From an uncultured delta proteobacterium (GTDB lineage Bacteria; Desulfobacterota; Binatia; UTPRO1): DNA of 64,000 bases. The notes under the pieces are model-generated. The model made no database searches, was not told the DNA's origin, and saw only the letters and a list, made by a program, of their open reading frames with translations. A program made the translations under genes and the position numbers. This document shows, in pieces, positions 1-10,304 of the stretch (position 1 is the first letter of the stretch; each line of letters starts with the position of its first letter). The DNA lies in NCBI GenBank assembly GCA_963753325.1, contig CAVWBS010000001.1:2802553-2866552 (forward strand). The letters are read 5' to 3'.

Positions 1-682
1 CGACCGGCTCGAGATTGCCCGCCAGAACGGCCAACGGATTGCCGAGCTCGTGCGCGACCCCGGCGATCAGCACCTCGAAGGCACGCATCTTCTCGACCGC
101 CACGAGGCGGGACTCCGCGAGGTCGCGCTCGGCACGCGCGAGACGACGCGTCAGGTAGCCGCCGATGAAACCGAGGAGACCGAGCGTGAGCGCGAGCGCC
201 AGCAACCAGGTCAGACGCTCGGGCTCGAGGGTCGCGGCGCTCGGGGCGAGACCTCCGACCCCGGGCATCGTCGCCGCGAGAAGGATCACGCCGGCGCCCC
301 CGGCGAGCGCCGCGAGACGCACCCCGACGACGAGCGCCGCGGTCACGATCTGGACGACATAGAGGAAGAGGAAGGGGCTGCGCGTTCCACCGGTCGCCAA
401 GACCACGAGGGTGATGAGGAGCGCGTCGCCGGCGCCCGACCAGACGATCATCGCGCCGACCCCCCGCCATCGATGCACGCACAGCGCCGCGACCCCGTTC
501 ATCGCCCCGCCGGCAAGCGCGGCAGCCAGCACGGGCCCGAGCGACGTCACGAGCCCCGAGGCACGGGCCACGGCGGCGACGGCGAAAAAGGAGACGATCA
601 CGAGGCCGCGAATGCGGATGGCCCACCGCAGGCGCTCGCGTCGCACCGGGACGCGCCACCCACGCGCCCAGGTGCGGCCCAT
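1..682 (-). CDS. Membrane-bound sensor histidine kinase (PilS-like N-terminal TM region), truncated by the window edge
   Basis: Read manually on the minus strand from ATG at 682. Several hydrophobic segments with a TGG..SPFLFLY motif, then a HisKA H-box EKMRAFEVLIAGVAHELGNPL. The ORF runs off position 1 and is absent from the ORF track. Confidence 0.85.
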   Translation of the reverse strand, partial: MGRTWARGWRVPVRRERLRWAIRIRGLVIVSFFAVAAVARASGLVTSLGPVLAAALAGGAMNGVAALCVHRWRGVGAMIVWSGAGDALLITLVVLATGGTRSPFLFLYVVQIVTAALVVGVRLAALAGGAGVILLAATMPGVGGLAPSAATLEPERLTWLLALALTLGLLGFIGGYLTRRLARAERDLAESRLVAVEKMRAFEVLIAGVAHELGNPLAVLAGNLEPV

Positions 683-854
683 GCTCTCGCCTTCCGCCAC
701 GGGCCCTGGCTAGCGGCGGGCAGGCCCGGCGGCCAGCGGCGGCCGGAGATACTCGCATCCCGGGCGGGCGGGAACGCTCGTGACGCTTTGCTCCGCTCGA
801 CAACCGTGTTCTTATGGGCGGATTCGTCTAGGCGCGGGGGAGCTCTCGAAACGA

Positions 855-1670
855 ATGGCGATCGAATCCAGATCCGGCGGCGCCGCGGGCGAGACCCACG
901 TCGCGTTCGTGGACGTGCACATGGCGTTCGGCGACCGCCCGGTCTTCCGCGGGCTGTCGTGCAGCTTTCCCGCCGGCCGGATTTCGGTGGTGCTCGGGGG
1001 CAGTGGGTCGGGAAAGAGCACCGCGCTCCGCCTGATCGGCGGGCTGGTGCGGCCACGCGCGGGCCACATCTACGTCACCGGCGAGGACATCACGAGGCTG
1101 CCCGAGATCAAGCTCTACCCGGTGCGCAAGAAGCTCGGGATGATGTTTCAGGGGGGTGCCCTGCTCGACTCGCTCACGATCTTCGACAACCTCGCCTTCC
1201 CCCTGCGGGAACACACCAGCCTGCCCGAGAGCGAGATCGCGCGTGAGGTCCGGCGGCGGCTCGAGGCGGTCGGCCTGCCGGACGCCGCGGCGCTGCTCCC
1301 GAACGAGCTCTCCGGCGGCATGCTGAAGCGGGCGGCCCTCGCGCGGGCGATCATGCTCGACCCGGTCATCCTGCTCTGCGACGAGCCCTTCTCCGGACTC
1401 GATCCGATCTCGGTGAAGCGCATCGAGGCGTTGCTGGTCCGGTTGAACCACCAGCGCGGCATCACCCTCATCCTGGTGTCGCACCACATCGCATCGACCA
1501 TGCGCATGGCCGACCGCGTCGTCATCCTGTTCCCCGGGGGTCCCGTCGTCGGAACGCCGGCGGAGCTGCGGACGAGCGCGGACCCGCGCGTCGGCGCCTT
1601 CCTGAGCGAGGAACTCGAGCCGGAGGAGACCAGCGATCGCCGCGTCGACGGCGCCGCGGGGAGCGGTTGA
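855..1670 (+). CDS. mlaF: ABC transporter ATP-binding protein MlaF/Mkl
   Basis: Walker A GGSGSGKS, signature LSGGMLKRAALARA, Walker B ILLCDEPFSGLDP, MMFQGGALLDSL. First gene of the mla cluster. Confidence 0.92.
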   Translation: MAIESRSGGAAGETHVAFVDVHMAFGDRPVFRGLSCSFPAGRISVVLGGSGSGKSTALRLIGGLVRPRAGHIYVTGEDITRLPEIKLYPVRKKLGMMFQGGALLDSLTIFDNLAFPLREHTSLPESEIAREVRRRLEAVGLPDAAALLPNELSGGMLKRAALARAIMLDPVILLCDEPFSGLDPISVKRIEALLVRLNHQRGITLILVSHHIASTMRMADRVVILFPGGPVVGTPAELRTSADPRVGAFLSEELEPEETSDRRVDGAAGSG

Positions 1671-1671
1671 G

Positions 1672-2454
1672 ATGGTGCTCGTGCGCCTGGTGCAGGACCT
1701 CGGGTGGGCGGCGCTGTGCTTCGTCGATGACCTGGGGCGCCTCGCGATCTTCGCCGCACAGGTGCTGCGCGCGCTGCTCCGGCTGCCGGCACGCCGGCGG
1801 CTCCTCGTGCAGGCGGTCTTCGACGTCGGCGTGCTGTCGCTCATCATCATCTGCGTTTCCGGCATGGCCGTCGGCATGGTGCTGAGCCTGCAAGGCTACA
1901 ACACCCTCGTCCGCTTCGGCGCCGAGCAGTCGCTCGGGGCGGTCGTCGGCCTGAGCCTCATCCGCGAGCTCGGCCCCGTCCTGACCGCGCTGCTCGCCAC
2001 CGGTCGCGCCGGCTCGGCAACCGCGGCCGAGATCGGCACCATGGTCGCCACCGAGCAGCTCGACGGCCTGCGCATGATGGCCGTCGATCCGATCGAGTTC
2101 GTCGTCACGCCGAAAGCGGTCGCCATGACGTTCGCGATGCCGCTCCTCTCGGCATTGTTCATCACCTGCGGCCTGTTCGGCGGCTATCTCGTCGGCGTCG
2201 GCCTGATGGGCATCGACAGCGGCACCTACATGTCGAGCCTGCAGTCGGCCGTGGTCTTCCGCGATGACGTCCTCGGCAGTCTGTTGAAGGCCGTGGTGTT
2301 CGGCGGCCTCGTCGGGCTGATCGCGACGTTCCGCGGGTTCACGAGCGCGCCGACGTCGGCCGGCGTCAGCGCCGCCACGACCTCGACGGTCGTGGTGGCG
2401 TCGGTGTGCATCCTGCTGTTCGACTACGTCCTCACCGCGCTCTGGGGGGTGTGA
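1672..2454 (+). CDS. mlaE: MlaE lipid ABC transporter permease
   Basis: RELGPVLTALLATGRAGSATAAEIGTM..TEQLDGL..M.VDP and GVSAATTSTVV motifs. Confidence 0.95.
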   Translation: MVLVRLVQDLGWAALCFVDDLGRLAIFAAQVLRALLRLPARRRLLVQAVFDVGVLSLIIICVSGMAVGMVLSLQGYNTLVRFGAEQSLGAVVGLSLIRELGPVLTALLATGRAGSATAAEIGTMVATEQLDGLRMMAVDPIEFVVTPKAVAMTFAMPLLSALFITCGLFGGYLVGVGLMGIDSGTYMSSLQSAVVFRDDVLGSLLKAVVFGGLVGLIATFRGFTSAPTSAGVSAATTSTVVVASVCILLFDYVLTALWGV

Positions 2455-2455
2455 G

Positions 2456-2932
2456 ATGACGCGTTCACCGTTGCGGGACTTCATCGTCGGCTGCTTCGTG
2501 CTCGCCGGCCTCGGCGCCCTCGCCTACCTGTCGATCAGCGTCGGCGGCCTGTCCTATGCCGGACCGGGCGGCCTCACCCTCTATGCCACCTTCGACGAGA
2601 CGGGCGGCCTGAAGCCGCGCGCCCCGGTCGTCATCGCGGGGGTGAAGGTGGGCCAGGTCGACACCATCAACCTCGACAAGAACGCGCGGGCCCGCGTCCG
2701 TCTCGACATCGACAAGAGCCTGAAGATCCCGACCGACACGACCGCATCGATCGTCACCGCCGGCATCCTCGGCGACCGCTTCATCTCCCTGCAGCTCGGG
2801 GGCGAGGAGCAAGATCTCAAGCCGGGCGACGAGATCAGCTTCACCGAATCGGCAGTGCTTCTGGAGCGCCTGATCGGTAAGCTGATCCACAACAACGACG
2901 CCGGCCCGGCCGCGCCGTCCAGGGCCGAATAG
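2456..2932 (+). CDS. mlaD: MlaD MCE-domain protein
   Basis: N-terminal TM, F...GGLK..APV.IAGVKVGQV, TAGILGDRFISL, LERLIGK. Confidence 0.95.
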   Translation: MTRSPLRDFIVGCFVLAGLGALAYLSISVGGLSYAGPGGLTLYATFDETGGLKPRAPVVIAGVKVGQVDTINLDKNARARVRLDIDKSLKIPTDTTASIVTAGILGDRFISLQLGGEEQDLKPGDEISFTESAVLLERLIGKLIHNNDAGPAAPSRAE

Positions 2933-2949
2933 CCAGGAGAGGACGAACG

Positions 2950-3753
2950 ATGAGCTCGACTCGCATCCGTGCCGCCCTGTGTGTCGTCGCGTTGACGGTC
3001 GGCCTCGCCGCGTGCGGGCCGCCGGCGGCCCGGGGCCTGCACAACGAGGCGCGGACCGATTACGATCCCCTGCAGCCGCTCAATCGCAAGATCTTCTGGT
3101 TCAACGACCACGTCGACCAGTACCTGCTCGAGCCGGTGGCGCGCGGCTGGGACCGGATCGCACCGGACGTCGTCGAGCGGTCGGTGTCGAACTTCTTCGT
3201 GAACCTGCGCTCGCCGCTGGTCGTCCTGAACGACCTGCTGCAGGCGAAGCCCAAGGACGCCGCCTCCGACGTCGGTCGCTTCGCCGTCAACACCACGGTC
3301 GGGGTGGTCGGCTTCTTCGACTACGCGACACCGCTCGGTCTGCCGCAGCACGCCGAGGACTTCGGGCAGACGCTCGGGTGGTGGGGCCTGCCCGCGGGTC
3401 CGTACCTGATGCTGCCCCTCCTCGGACCGTCGAACGTCAGGGACACCATCGGGATCGCGGGCGACAGCGCCTCCGCGATCGCCCCCTGGTTCGTGAGCTG
3501 GTGGATGCTCGTCCCCCCCCGCATCGGCGAGGCTGTCAATGCTCGTGCGCTTCTGCTCCAGCAGGTCGAGGAGGCCAAACGCGCGTCCTTCGACTACTAT
3601 GTGTTCGTCCGCGACGCGTACCTGCAGCGACGGAACGCCCAGATGAACGATCGCGCGTCCGGCGGCAACGACGAGCAGGAAGACGAGCTGTACCATCCCG
3701 ACACCGGGCCGTCGCCCGGGGCCGCGCCCCCCTATGGAGGACCTCGATCGTGA
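2950..3753 (+). CDS. mlaA: VacJ/MlaA lipoprotein
   Basis: Lipobox LAAC, DPLQPLNRKIFWFN, RFAVNTTVG, EDFGQTLG, GPYLMLPLLGPSNVRD, Y.FVRDAYLQRR. Confidence 0.95.
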   Translation: MSSTRIRAALCVVALTVGLAACGPPAARGLHNEARTDYDPLQPLNRKIFWFNDHVDQYLLEPVARGWDRIAPDVVERSVSNFFVNLRSPLVVLNDLLQAKPKDAASDVGRFAVNTTVGVVGFFDYATPLGLPQHAEDFGQTLGWWGLPAGPYLMLPLLGPSNVRDTIGIAGDSASAIAPWFVSWWMLVPPRIGEAVNARALLLQQVEEAKRASFDYYVFVRDAYLQRRNAQMNDRASGGNDEQEDELYHPDTGPSPGAAPPYGGPRS

Positions 3754-4427
3754 AGCCACTGCGAACCGCCCTGCTGATGACGCTTCTGGCGAGCACGCTG
3801 CCCTGCGGCCTCACCCTCGGCAGCGACCCGCCCGTCGGCGACGGCAGCGGACCGCGCGCGACGGTACAGGCGACGACGAGCCAGGTGATCGCGGTGCTGG
3901 CGAACGGCAACCTCTCGACCGAGCAGAAGCGCCACAAGGTCGAGGATATCGTCTACGCGCAGGTCGACTTCGAGACGCTGTCGCGGCTCGTCCTGGCACG
4001 CAACTGGACCCAGCTCTCCGCCGAGCAGCAGCAGCAGTTCATGAGCGAGTTCCGCCAGAACCTGTCGGCGACATACGGCCGCAACGTCGAGACCTACAAG
4101 AACGAGAAGGTGCGGATCGTCGACGACCATGCCGAGCCGCGCGGCGACTGGACCGTCCGTACCAAGATCGTGCGCAACGGCGGCGACGACATCAACGTCG
4201 ACTACCGCCTGCGGCAGATCGATGGCACGTGGAAGATCATCGACATCATCATCGAGAACGTCAGCCTGGTCGCCAACTTCCGCTCGCAATTCCAGGAGAT
4301 CATGTCGAACGGCGGTGCGGCGCGGCTGCTGCAGGTGCTGCACGAGAAGAACGAGCGTGGCGAGCCGCTGAAGGCACCGGCGGCCGCCAGCAGCAAGCGC
4401 GCCTCGGGGTCGCCACGCACCTCCTGA
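3750..4427 (+). CDS. mlaC: MlaC/Ttg2D periplasmic phospholipid-binding protein
   Basis: GTG start overlapping the mlaA stop; VDFETLSRLVLARNW, VDYRL, WKIIDIIIENVSLVANFRSQF. Confidence 0.92.
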   Translation: MKPLRTALLMTLLASTLPCGLTLGSDPPVGDGSGPRATVQATTSQVIAVLANGNLSTEQKRHKVEDIVYAQVDFETLSRLVLARNWTQLSAEQQQQFMSEFRQNLSATYGRNVETYKNEKVRIVDDHAEPRGDWTVRTKIVRNGGDDINVDYRLRQIDGTWKIIDIIIENVSLVANFRSQFQEIMSNGGAARLLQVLHEKNERGEPLKAPAAASSKRASGSPRTS

Positions 4428-4446
4428 TCGCGGCGGGGGCTGCCGC

Positions 4447-5259
4447 TCAGGTCTGGCAGCGCGGGCAGTAGAAGGCGCTGCGCCCGACGATCACCTGACG
4501 GCGGATCGGCGTGGCGCAGCGTACGCACGGGGCGCCGGCGCGCTCGTAGACGCGAAAACGGTCCTGGAAGGCGCCCGGCTCGCCGCGCTCGTCGCGGTAG
4601 TCGGAGATCGACGAGCCGCGGGCCGCGAGCGCCGCATCGAGGATGGTGGCGGTCGCCGTCACGACCCGCGCCGCGGCCTCGCGCGACAGGCGTGAGGTTC
4701 GCCGCCCGGGACGGATTCCGGCCGCGAAGAGGATCTCGTTGGCGTAGATGTTGCCGATGCCGACGACGACGCGTTGATCCATGAGGAGGCTCTTCACCGC
4801 GCGCCGGCCCCGGCGCGCCGCGGCGTGCAGCATCCCGGTCGAGAAGGCCGGATCGAGCGGCTCGACGCCGAGCCCGGCGAGCTCGGCGAGCGCGTCCGGA
4901 TCACCGACCCGCATGAGGCCGAAGCGGCGCGGATCGTTGAAGTGGACGGTGCGCCCGTCGTCGAGCGTGACGACCACGTGGGTGTGCTTGCGGCGCGGGA
5001 CGTCGCCCGGCAGGACGACGAGGGTGCCGCTCATGCCGAAATGCACCAGCCAGATGCTCCCATCGTCGAGTGCGAGAAGCAGGTACTTGGCGCGGCGGCG
5101 CACCGCCTCGATCCGGCGCCCGGTCAACCGGCGCGCGAACGACGGTGCGAGCCGCCGGCGCAGCCGCCGCTCGTGCACGGTGACGGTCGTCACCGTGCAC
5201 CCCACGAGCGCGGCCGCAAGGCCGCGCCGGAGCGTCTCGACCTCCGGCAGCTCCGGCAT
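4447..5259 (-). CDS. mutM: Formamidopyrimidine-DNA glycosylase
   Basis: MPELPEVET N-terminus, HFGMSG, DPRRFG, GIGNIYANE, C-terminal CxxC..CxxC zinc finger. Confidence 0.97.
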   Translation of the reverse strand: MPELPEVETLRRGLAAALVGCTVTTVTVHERRLRRRLAPSFARRLTGRRIEAVRRRAKYLLLALDDGSIWLVHFGMSGTLVVLPGDVPRRKHTHVVVTLDDGRTVHFNDPRRFGLMRVGDPDALAELAGLGVEPLDPAFSTGMLHAAARRGRRAVKSLLMDQRVVVGIGNIYANEILFAAGIRPGRRTSRLSREAAARVVTATATILDAALAARGSSISDYRDERGEPGAFQDRFRVYERAGAPCVRCATPIRRQVIVGRSAFYCPRCQT

Positions 5260-5265
5260 GGGCGT

Positions 5266-6150
5266 TCAGCGCGGCCGTCGTGTCGCCGTGCCGCGCGCGG
5301 CATGTGCCCGCCCGACGGCGTCCGCCAGCGCGGCAAACGCCGTCAGATCGAGCGTCTCGCCGCGCACGCGGCCGTCGATGCCGGTCGCGGCGAAGACGTC
5401 GTCCCAGGCCCCGGTGTCGAGACGGAGAGCCGGCGGCAGGGTCTGCACCGCGTTCCGCAGCATCTTGCGCCGCTGGTTGAACGCGGCACGCACGAGGGCG
5501 CGGAGCAGTGCCGGATCGTCCACGGCGACGCGCGGCGCGCGGCTCAGGCGCACCCGGATGACCTCGGAGGTGACCTGCGGCCGCGGATAGAACGCCGACG
5601 CCGCCACGCGGAAGCGGCCGACGGGCTCGGCGTACAGCTGGAAGAGCAAGGACGGGGCGCCGTACGCGCGCGACCCCGGCCGCGCGAGCAGCCGGTCCGC
5701 CACCTCCCGCTGCACCATGACGGTGAGGTCGTCGAAGATCACGCGCTCGTCGAGGAAGCGAAACAGCATCGGGACCGCCGCGTAGTACGGCAGGCTGGCC
5801 ACGACCTTTGCCGTGCCCTCCGGCACCGCGGCACGCAGATCGATCTTCAACGCGTCACCCTCGATGATGCGTACGGCGGGCGTGTCCGCGAACTTGCGGC
5901 GCAGCACCACGCACAGGCCGCGATCGTACTCGACGACGTAGAGGCGTGCCGCCCGGGTCGCCAGGCCGTCGGTGAGGGCCCCGAGGCCGGGTCCGATCTC
6001 GACGACGGCCTCGCTCGGCCCGATCGCGGCGAGATCGAGCATGCGCGCGACGACCTTGCGGTCGACGAGGAAGTTCTGGCCGAGGTGCTTGCGGGGCGCG
6101 AGGCCCTCCTCGGCGAGCAGCGCGCGCGTCTCGGCGGAGAGCCCGGTCAT
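5266..6150 (-). CDS. rsmA: 16S rRNA m6,2A dimethyltransferase
   Basis: K.LGQNFL, VEIGPGLGALT, GDALK, SLPYY, MVQREVADRL, FYPRPQVTS, FNQRRKMLRN. ATG at 6150 overlaps the tsaD stop. Confidence 0.95.
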   Translation of the reverse strand: MTGLSAETRALLAEEGLAPRKHLGQNFLVDRKVVARMLDLAAIGPSEAVVEIGPGLGALTDGLATRAARLYVVEYDRGLCVVLRRKFADTPAVRIIEGDALKIDLRAAVPEGTAKVVASLPYYAAVPMLFRFLDERVIFDDLTVMVQREVADRLLARPGSRAYGAPSLLFQLYAEPVGRFRVAASAFYPRPQVTSEVIRVRLSRAPRVAVDDPALLRALVRAAFNQRRKMLRNAVQTLPPALRLDTGAWDDVFAATGIDGRVRGETLDLTAFAALADAVGRAHAARGTATRRPR

Positions 6151-7157
6151 GCCGGGACCGCGAGCGCGCCGCCGCCGATCGGCAGCGTCGCGTGGGCGTT
6201 CAAGGTGAGCGGATCGCGCTCGCCGCGTATCAGCCGGACGCGGCCCGCGTACGCGATCATCGCGGCGTTGTCGGTGCAGTAGGCGAAGCGCGGAAAGGCG
6301 ACGTCCAGCCCCGCCCGCGCACCCTCCTCCTGCATGCGGACGCGCAGCCGCCGATTGGCGGAGACGCCGCCGGACACGACGACGGTCGCCAGACCGAGCT
6401 CCCGCGCCGCCCGCAGTGACGGGGCGACCAGCATGTCGACGATCGCCTCCTGGAACGCGGCGCACACGTCGGGGAGCGCGGCGGCGCGCTGGTCGAGGAG
6501 ATACTGTCGCAACGACGTCTTCACGCCGCTGAAGCTGAAGTCGTAGCCGCCGCTCTTGAGCGTCGCGCGCGGAAACCGCACGGCGCGCGGATCGCCGTCG
6601 GCCGCCAGGCGGTCGATCTCGCGCCCGCCCGGAAAGCCGAGGCCGAGCATCTTGGCGCCCTTGTCGAACGCTTCGCCGGCCGCGTCGTCGCGCGTCCGTC
6701 CCAGCAGACGGTACGCACCGACACCCTCCACCACGTACAAGCTCGTATGGCCGCCCGACACGAGAAGACCGAGATAGGGAAACGCGACGGGCCGGTCGAG
6801 CAGGATGGCGAGCAGATGCCCCTCGAGATGGTTCACCCCCACGAACGGCAGGCGGCGCGCGAACGCGATGCCCTTCGCGACCTGGAGGCCGACCAGCAGC
6901 GAGCCGACGAGCCCAGGCCCGTGGGTGGCGGCGATCCCCTCGACATCGTCGAGCGTCAGGCCCGCCTGCGCGAGCGCGCGCTCGATCACCGGAAGGACGG
7001 CCAGCACGTGCTGGCGCGAGGCGAGCTCCGGCACGACGCCTCCGTACCGCTCGTGCACGAGATCCTGCGAGGCGACGATGCTCGAGCGGATACCGTCGCC
7101 GTCGATGACGGCGGCGGCGGTATCGTCGCACGAGCTTTCGATCGCGAGCACCCGCAT
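6147..7157 (-). CDS. tsaD: tRNA N6-threonylcarbamoyltransferase TsaD
   Basis: LAIESSCDDT, YGGVVPELASRQH, GPGLVGSL, HLEGH, LLVSGGHT, DDAAGEAFDK, FSFSG, CTDNAAMI. Confidence 0.97.
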   Translation of the reverse strand: MRVLAIESSCDDTAAAVIDGDGIRSSIVASQDLVHERYGGVVPELASRQHVLAVLPVIERALAQAGLTLDDVEGIAATHGPGLVGSLLVGLQVAKGIAFARRLPFVGVNHLEGHLLAILLDRPVAFPYLGLLVSGGHTSLYVVEGVGAYRLLGRTRDDAAGEAFDKGAKMLGLGFPGGREIDRLAADGDPRAVRFPRATLKSGGYDFSFSGVKTSLRQYLLDQRAAALPDVCAAFQEAIVDMLVAPSLRAARELGLATVVVSGGVSANRRLRVRMQEEGARAGLDVAFPRFAYCTDNAAMIAYAGRVRLIRGERDPLTLNAHATLPIGGGALAVPA

Positions 7158-7168
7158 CGCGCGCCGGA

Positions 7169-8752
7169 TCAGGACGTCGGCTTCACCGCCAGGAAGATCG
7201 TGTTGTCGCCGCGCCGCACCAGAAACAGCACGTTGCGCGTCTTGTCGGCGTCGTGCAGCTGCTTGCGGTAGTCGCCGATGTCGTCGATCGACTGGCGGTT
7301 CACCTCGAGGATGATGTCGCCCCGGCGCAGCCCGGCGTCCTCCGCCGGACCCCCGGACTCGACGGCGGTGACGACGACGCCCTTGACGTCGGTCACCCCG
7401 AGATCCTGCGCGATCTCGGGCGTCAGCGTCTGCACCGTGAGGCCGAGCTTCTCGCCCTCGGGCTTCATGGCCGCCGCGACCTCCTCGTCCTTCAGCTCCG
7501 CGATGGTGACCGTCATCTCCTTGGTGCTCTTGTCGCGCAGCACCTTGACGGGCACGGTCTTGCCGATCGGCGTGCGCGCGACCATGAGCGGCAGCTCGTT
7601 GGAGTCGTGCACGGGATGACCGTCGAACTCGACGATGACGTCGCCCACCTTGAAGCCCGCCGCGAGGGCCGGGCCGTCCTTCACCACGTCCGCCACCAGG
7701 GCGCCGCGCGCATCTTCCAGACCGAGCGACTCGGCGATGTCCGGCGTCACCTTCTGGATGAGGACCCCGAGCCACCCGCGCGTCACCTTGCCCTTCTCCT
7801 TCAACTGCGGGACGAGCTCCTTGGCGATGTTGATGGGCACCGCGAAGCCGATGCCGATGTTGCCGCCCGTGCGGCTGAAGATCGCCGAATTGATGCCCAC
7901 CACCTCGCCGCGCAGGTTCAGCAGCGGTCCCCCGGAGTTCCCCGGATTGATGGCGGCGTCCGTCTGGATGTAGTCGTCGTAGTTGCCGGCGCCGATGAAG
8001 CGGCCCTTCGCGCTCACGATCCCCGCCGTCACCGTGTGGTCGAGGCCGAAGGGATTGCCGATCGCCATTACCCACTCGCCGACGCGCAACGCCTCGGAAT
8101 CGCCGAGCGTCACGGCCTTGAGATCGGGAGCGTTCTCGATGCGCAGCAACGCGATGTCGGTCTTCGCGTCCTTGCCGAGGAGCGTGGCCTTGTACTCCTT
8201 GCCGTTGTCGAGCCGGACGATGATCTCGTCGGCGTTCTCCACGACGTGGTTGTTGGTGAGGATCTCGCCGTCGGAGGCGATGATGAAGCCGGAGCCGAGG
8301 CTGCGCTGGCGCGGGGCGCGTTGCTGCGGCGAGCGCGGACCGGGCCCGAAGAAGCGGTCGAACGGCTCGCCGAACTCGTGCGGGTCGCCGTCCCCGAAGG
8401 GCCACTGCGGGCCCGGGTTGCCGCCGTGGAACTGCTGCTCCGCGGGCTTCGCCTGGGAGGTGGTGGAGATGTTGACGACCGAGGGGCTCAACCGCTCCGC
8501 GAGGCTCGCGAAGTCGGGGAACACGGCCAGCGGCGCCGGCGCCGGGGGGATCGTCGCGCCGTTGCCGGCGGGCGCCGGTGACGCCCCGGCCGAGGGAGGC
8601 TGCGCCGTCGGCGCGACGGCGAGCTGCGTCGTCCCGAGACGCTTCGTCGTCGGCTCCTTGGGCCGGGCGAGCCAGATCGTCGCGCCGACACCGATGATGA
8701 TGCCGACAACGAGCGTGAGGAGCGCCCCCCTGATCGTACGTACTGCCATCAT
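7169..8752 (-). CDS. degP: DegP/DegQ (HtrA) serine protease with two PDZ domains
   Basis: N-terminal TM, SLGSGFII, TNNHVV, TDIAL, IQTDAAINPGNSGGPL, two PDZ repeats. Confidence 0.95.
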   Translation of the reverse strand: MMAVRTIRGALLTLVVGIIIGVGATIWLARPKEPTTKRLGTTQLAVAPTAQPPSAGASPAPAGNGATIPPAPAPLAVFPDFASLAERLSPSVVNISTTSQAKPAEQQFHGGNPGPQWPFGDGDPHEFGEPFDRFFGPGPRSPQQRAPRQRSLGSGFIIASDGEILTNNHVVENADEIIVRLDNGKEYKATLLGKDAKTDIALLRIENAPDLKAVTLGDSEALRVGEWVMAIGNPFGLDHTVTAGIVSAKGRFIGAGNYDDYIQTDAAINPGNSGGPLLNLRGEVVGINSAIFSRTGGNIGIGFAVPINIAKELVPQLKEKGKVTRGWLGVLIQKVTPDIAESLGLEDARGALVADVVKDGPALAAGFKVGDVIVEFDGHPVHDSNELPLMVARTPIGKTVPVKVLRDKSTKEMTVTIAELKDEEVAAAMKPEGEKLGLTVQTLTPEIAQDLGVTDVKGVVVTAVESGGPAEDAGLRRGDIILEVNRQSIDDIGDYRKQLHDADKTRNVLFLVRRGDNTIFLAVKPTS

Positions 8753-8794
8753 GCCTCCCGAGCTGTGATTGGAATACCGCGTCCGGCGTGGTCG

Positions 8795-9250
8795 CTAGCG
8801 AGTGCGCGCCACCTCGACGTAGCGCATGCGGAGGTCGTAGAGCATTTCCCCGAGGAGTTGCTCCTCGGCTGCGTCGAGGTTGCCCTTCGTCTTGTCGCGC
8901 AGAATGCCCAGCAGGTCGATCATCTGCTTGGCGGCGGGAAGATCGTGTCGCACGTCCTGGTGCACCGGATCGGGGATCTCCCCGAGGTGCATCAACGCCT
9001 GGGTCGTCAGACCCATGACGAAGGTGCTGAAGTTCATCTCGCCGTAGTCGCCGTGCTCGTGCTCGTCGTGTGCGGAATCGTGCGGCGGCTCTCCGGTCGA
9101 CGCGGCGCTCGGCGTGCTGGCCGGCGGCTCCTCGCGCGCAATCTCGGGCGCCGACGGAGCGGCGCCGGCGCCGTCATCCGCGTCGACGAAGCGACGCCGA
9201 TCCTGCACCTTGAATCCGCGGCTCTCGTGTTCGTCTTCGTCTTTGGCCAT
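8795..9250 (-). CDS. DUF1844 domain protein
   Basis: GFKVQDRRRF N-terminus; FSTFVMGL..QALMHLG, AKQMIDLLGIL.DKTKGNL...E..LL...LYDLRMRYV. Confidence 0.85.
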   Translation of the reverse strand: MAKDEDEHESRGFKVQDRRRFVDADDGAGAAPSAPEIAREEPPASTPSAASTGEPPHDSAHDEHEHGDYGEMNFSTFVMGLTTQALMHLGEIPDPVHQDVRHDLPAAKQMIDLLGILRDKTKGNLDAAEEQLLGEMLYDLRMRYVEVARTR

Positions 9251-9253
9251 GGC

Positions 9254-10120
9254 CTACCTGCGTTGGCCGAGCTCGCTCGCGATCTGCTCGAGCCGGGCGA
9301 TGCGCTGCTCGATCGGCGGGTGCGTGCTGAAGAGGTTCTGCAGCGAGACGCCGTGCAGCGGGTTGACGATGAAGAGATGCGCCGTCGACGGCGCGGCCGG
9401 CAACGGGATGCGCTCGGAGTACGCGGAGATCTTCCGCAGCGCCGACGCGAGCGCCTCCGGCTCGCGACTGACGCGCGCACCGGTGTCGTCGGCCTGGAAC
9501 TCCCGCGAACGCGAGATTGCCATCTGGATCAGCGAGGCCGCGATGGGCGCGAGGATGATACTGAAGAGGAGCCCGAGCACGCCGCCGCCGCCGTCACGAT
9601 CGTCGCGTTGGCCGCCGCCGAACATCAAGCTCCAGCTCGCCATGCGCGCCAGCAGCATGATCGCGCCGGCGAGCGTCGCGGCCACCGAGCTGATCAGGAT
9701 GTCGCGGTTCATGACGTGGGCGAGCTCGTGCGCCAGCACGCCCTCGAGCTCACGACGATCGAGCAGGCGACGGATGCCCGCCGTCACGGCCACGGCCGCA
9801 TGCTGCGGGCTACGGCCGGTGGCGAACGCGTTCGGTGACTCGCTGGGAATGACGTAGAGCCGCGGCATCGGGATGCGGTTCTTCAACGCCAGGTCGTGGA
9901 CGATGGAGAAGAGCTCGGGATCGTCCGCCTCCGTGATCGGCTGGGCCCGGTACATGGCGATCACGATCCGATCCGAGAACCAGTAGCTGCCGATGTTCAT
10001 GACGGCGGCCAGCACGAACGCAACGAGCGCCCCCTGCCCTCCACCCAGTGCCTGGCCGAGCCAGATGATCAGCGCCGTCAGCGCCGCGAGGAGAATGGTC
10101 GTCTTGAGCGTGTTGCCCAC
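9254..10120 (-). CDS. htpX: Zinc metalloprotease HtpX
   Basis: [35 protein letters not shown]. Confidence 0.96.
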   Translation of the reverse strand: MGNTLKTTILLAALTALIIWLGQALGGGQGALVAFVLAAVMNIGSYWFSDRIVIAMYRAQPITEADDPELFSIVHDLALKNRIPMPRLYVIPSESPNAFATGRSPQHAAVAVTAGIRRLLDRRELEGVLAHELAHVMNRDILISSVAATLAGAIMLLARMASWSLMFGGGQRDDRDGGGGVLGLLFSIILAPIAASLIQMAISRSREFQADDTGARVSREPEALASALRKISAYSERIPLPAAPSTAHLFIVNPLHGVSLQNLFSTHPPIEQRIARLEQIASELGQRR

Positions 10121-10304
10121 TGTCGTACCTCGTTGCCGGATGCCCGCATGCGAACCGCGAGCCCGGCCGTTGCGTCACGATATCCGCCGGGAGGTCCGCT
10201 TTCCAGCGTGGCGGCCATCGCCATGCTCATGTCGGACGACCAGCCGCCGGCTCGCGCCGGCGAGGCGCGTCGGCGCCCTTCCCGGCACGTCCACCATGGC
10301 AAAA

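Noticed and set aside
50-1246. 398-aa plus-strand ORF and the many other long Arg/Pro/Ala-rich ORFs in the track
   Set aside because: Shadow ORFs from high GC; they overlap genes with recognisable motifs on another frame or strand.
5266-8405. Apparent long N-terminal extensions on rsmA (621 aa) and tsaD (752 aa)
   Set aside because: The extensions are off-frame readings of upstream genes; the real starts are at 6150 and 7157.
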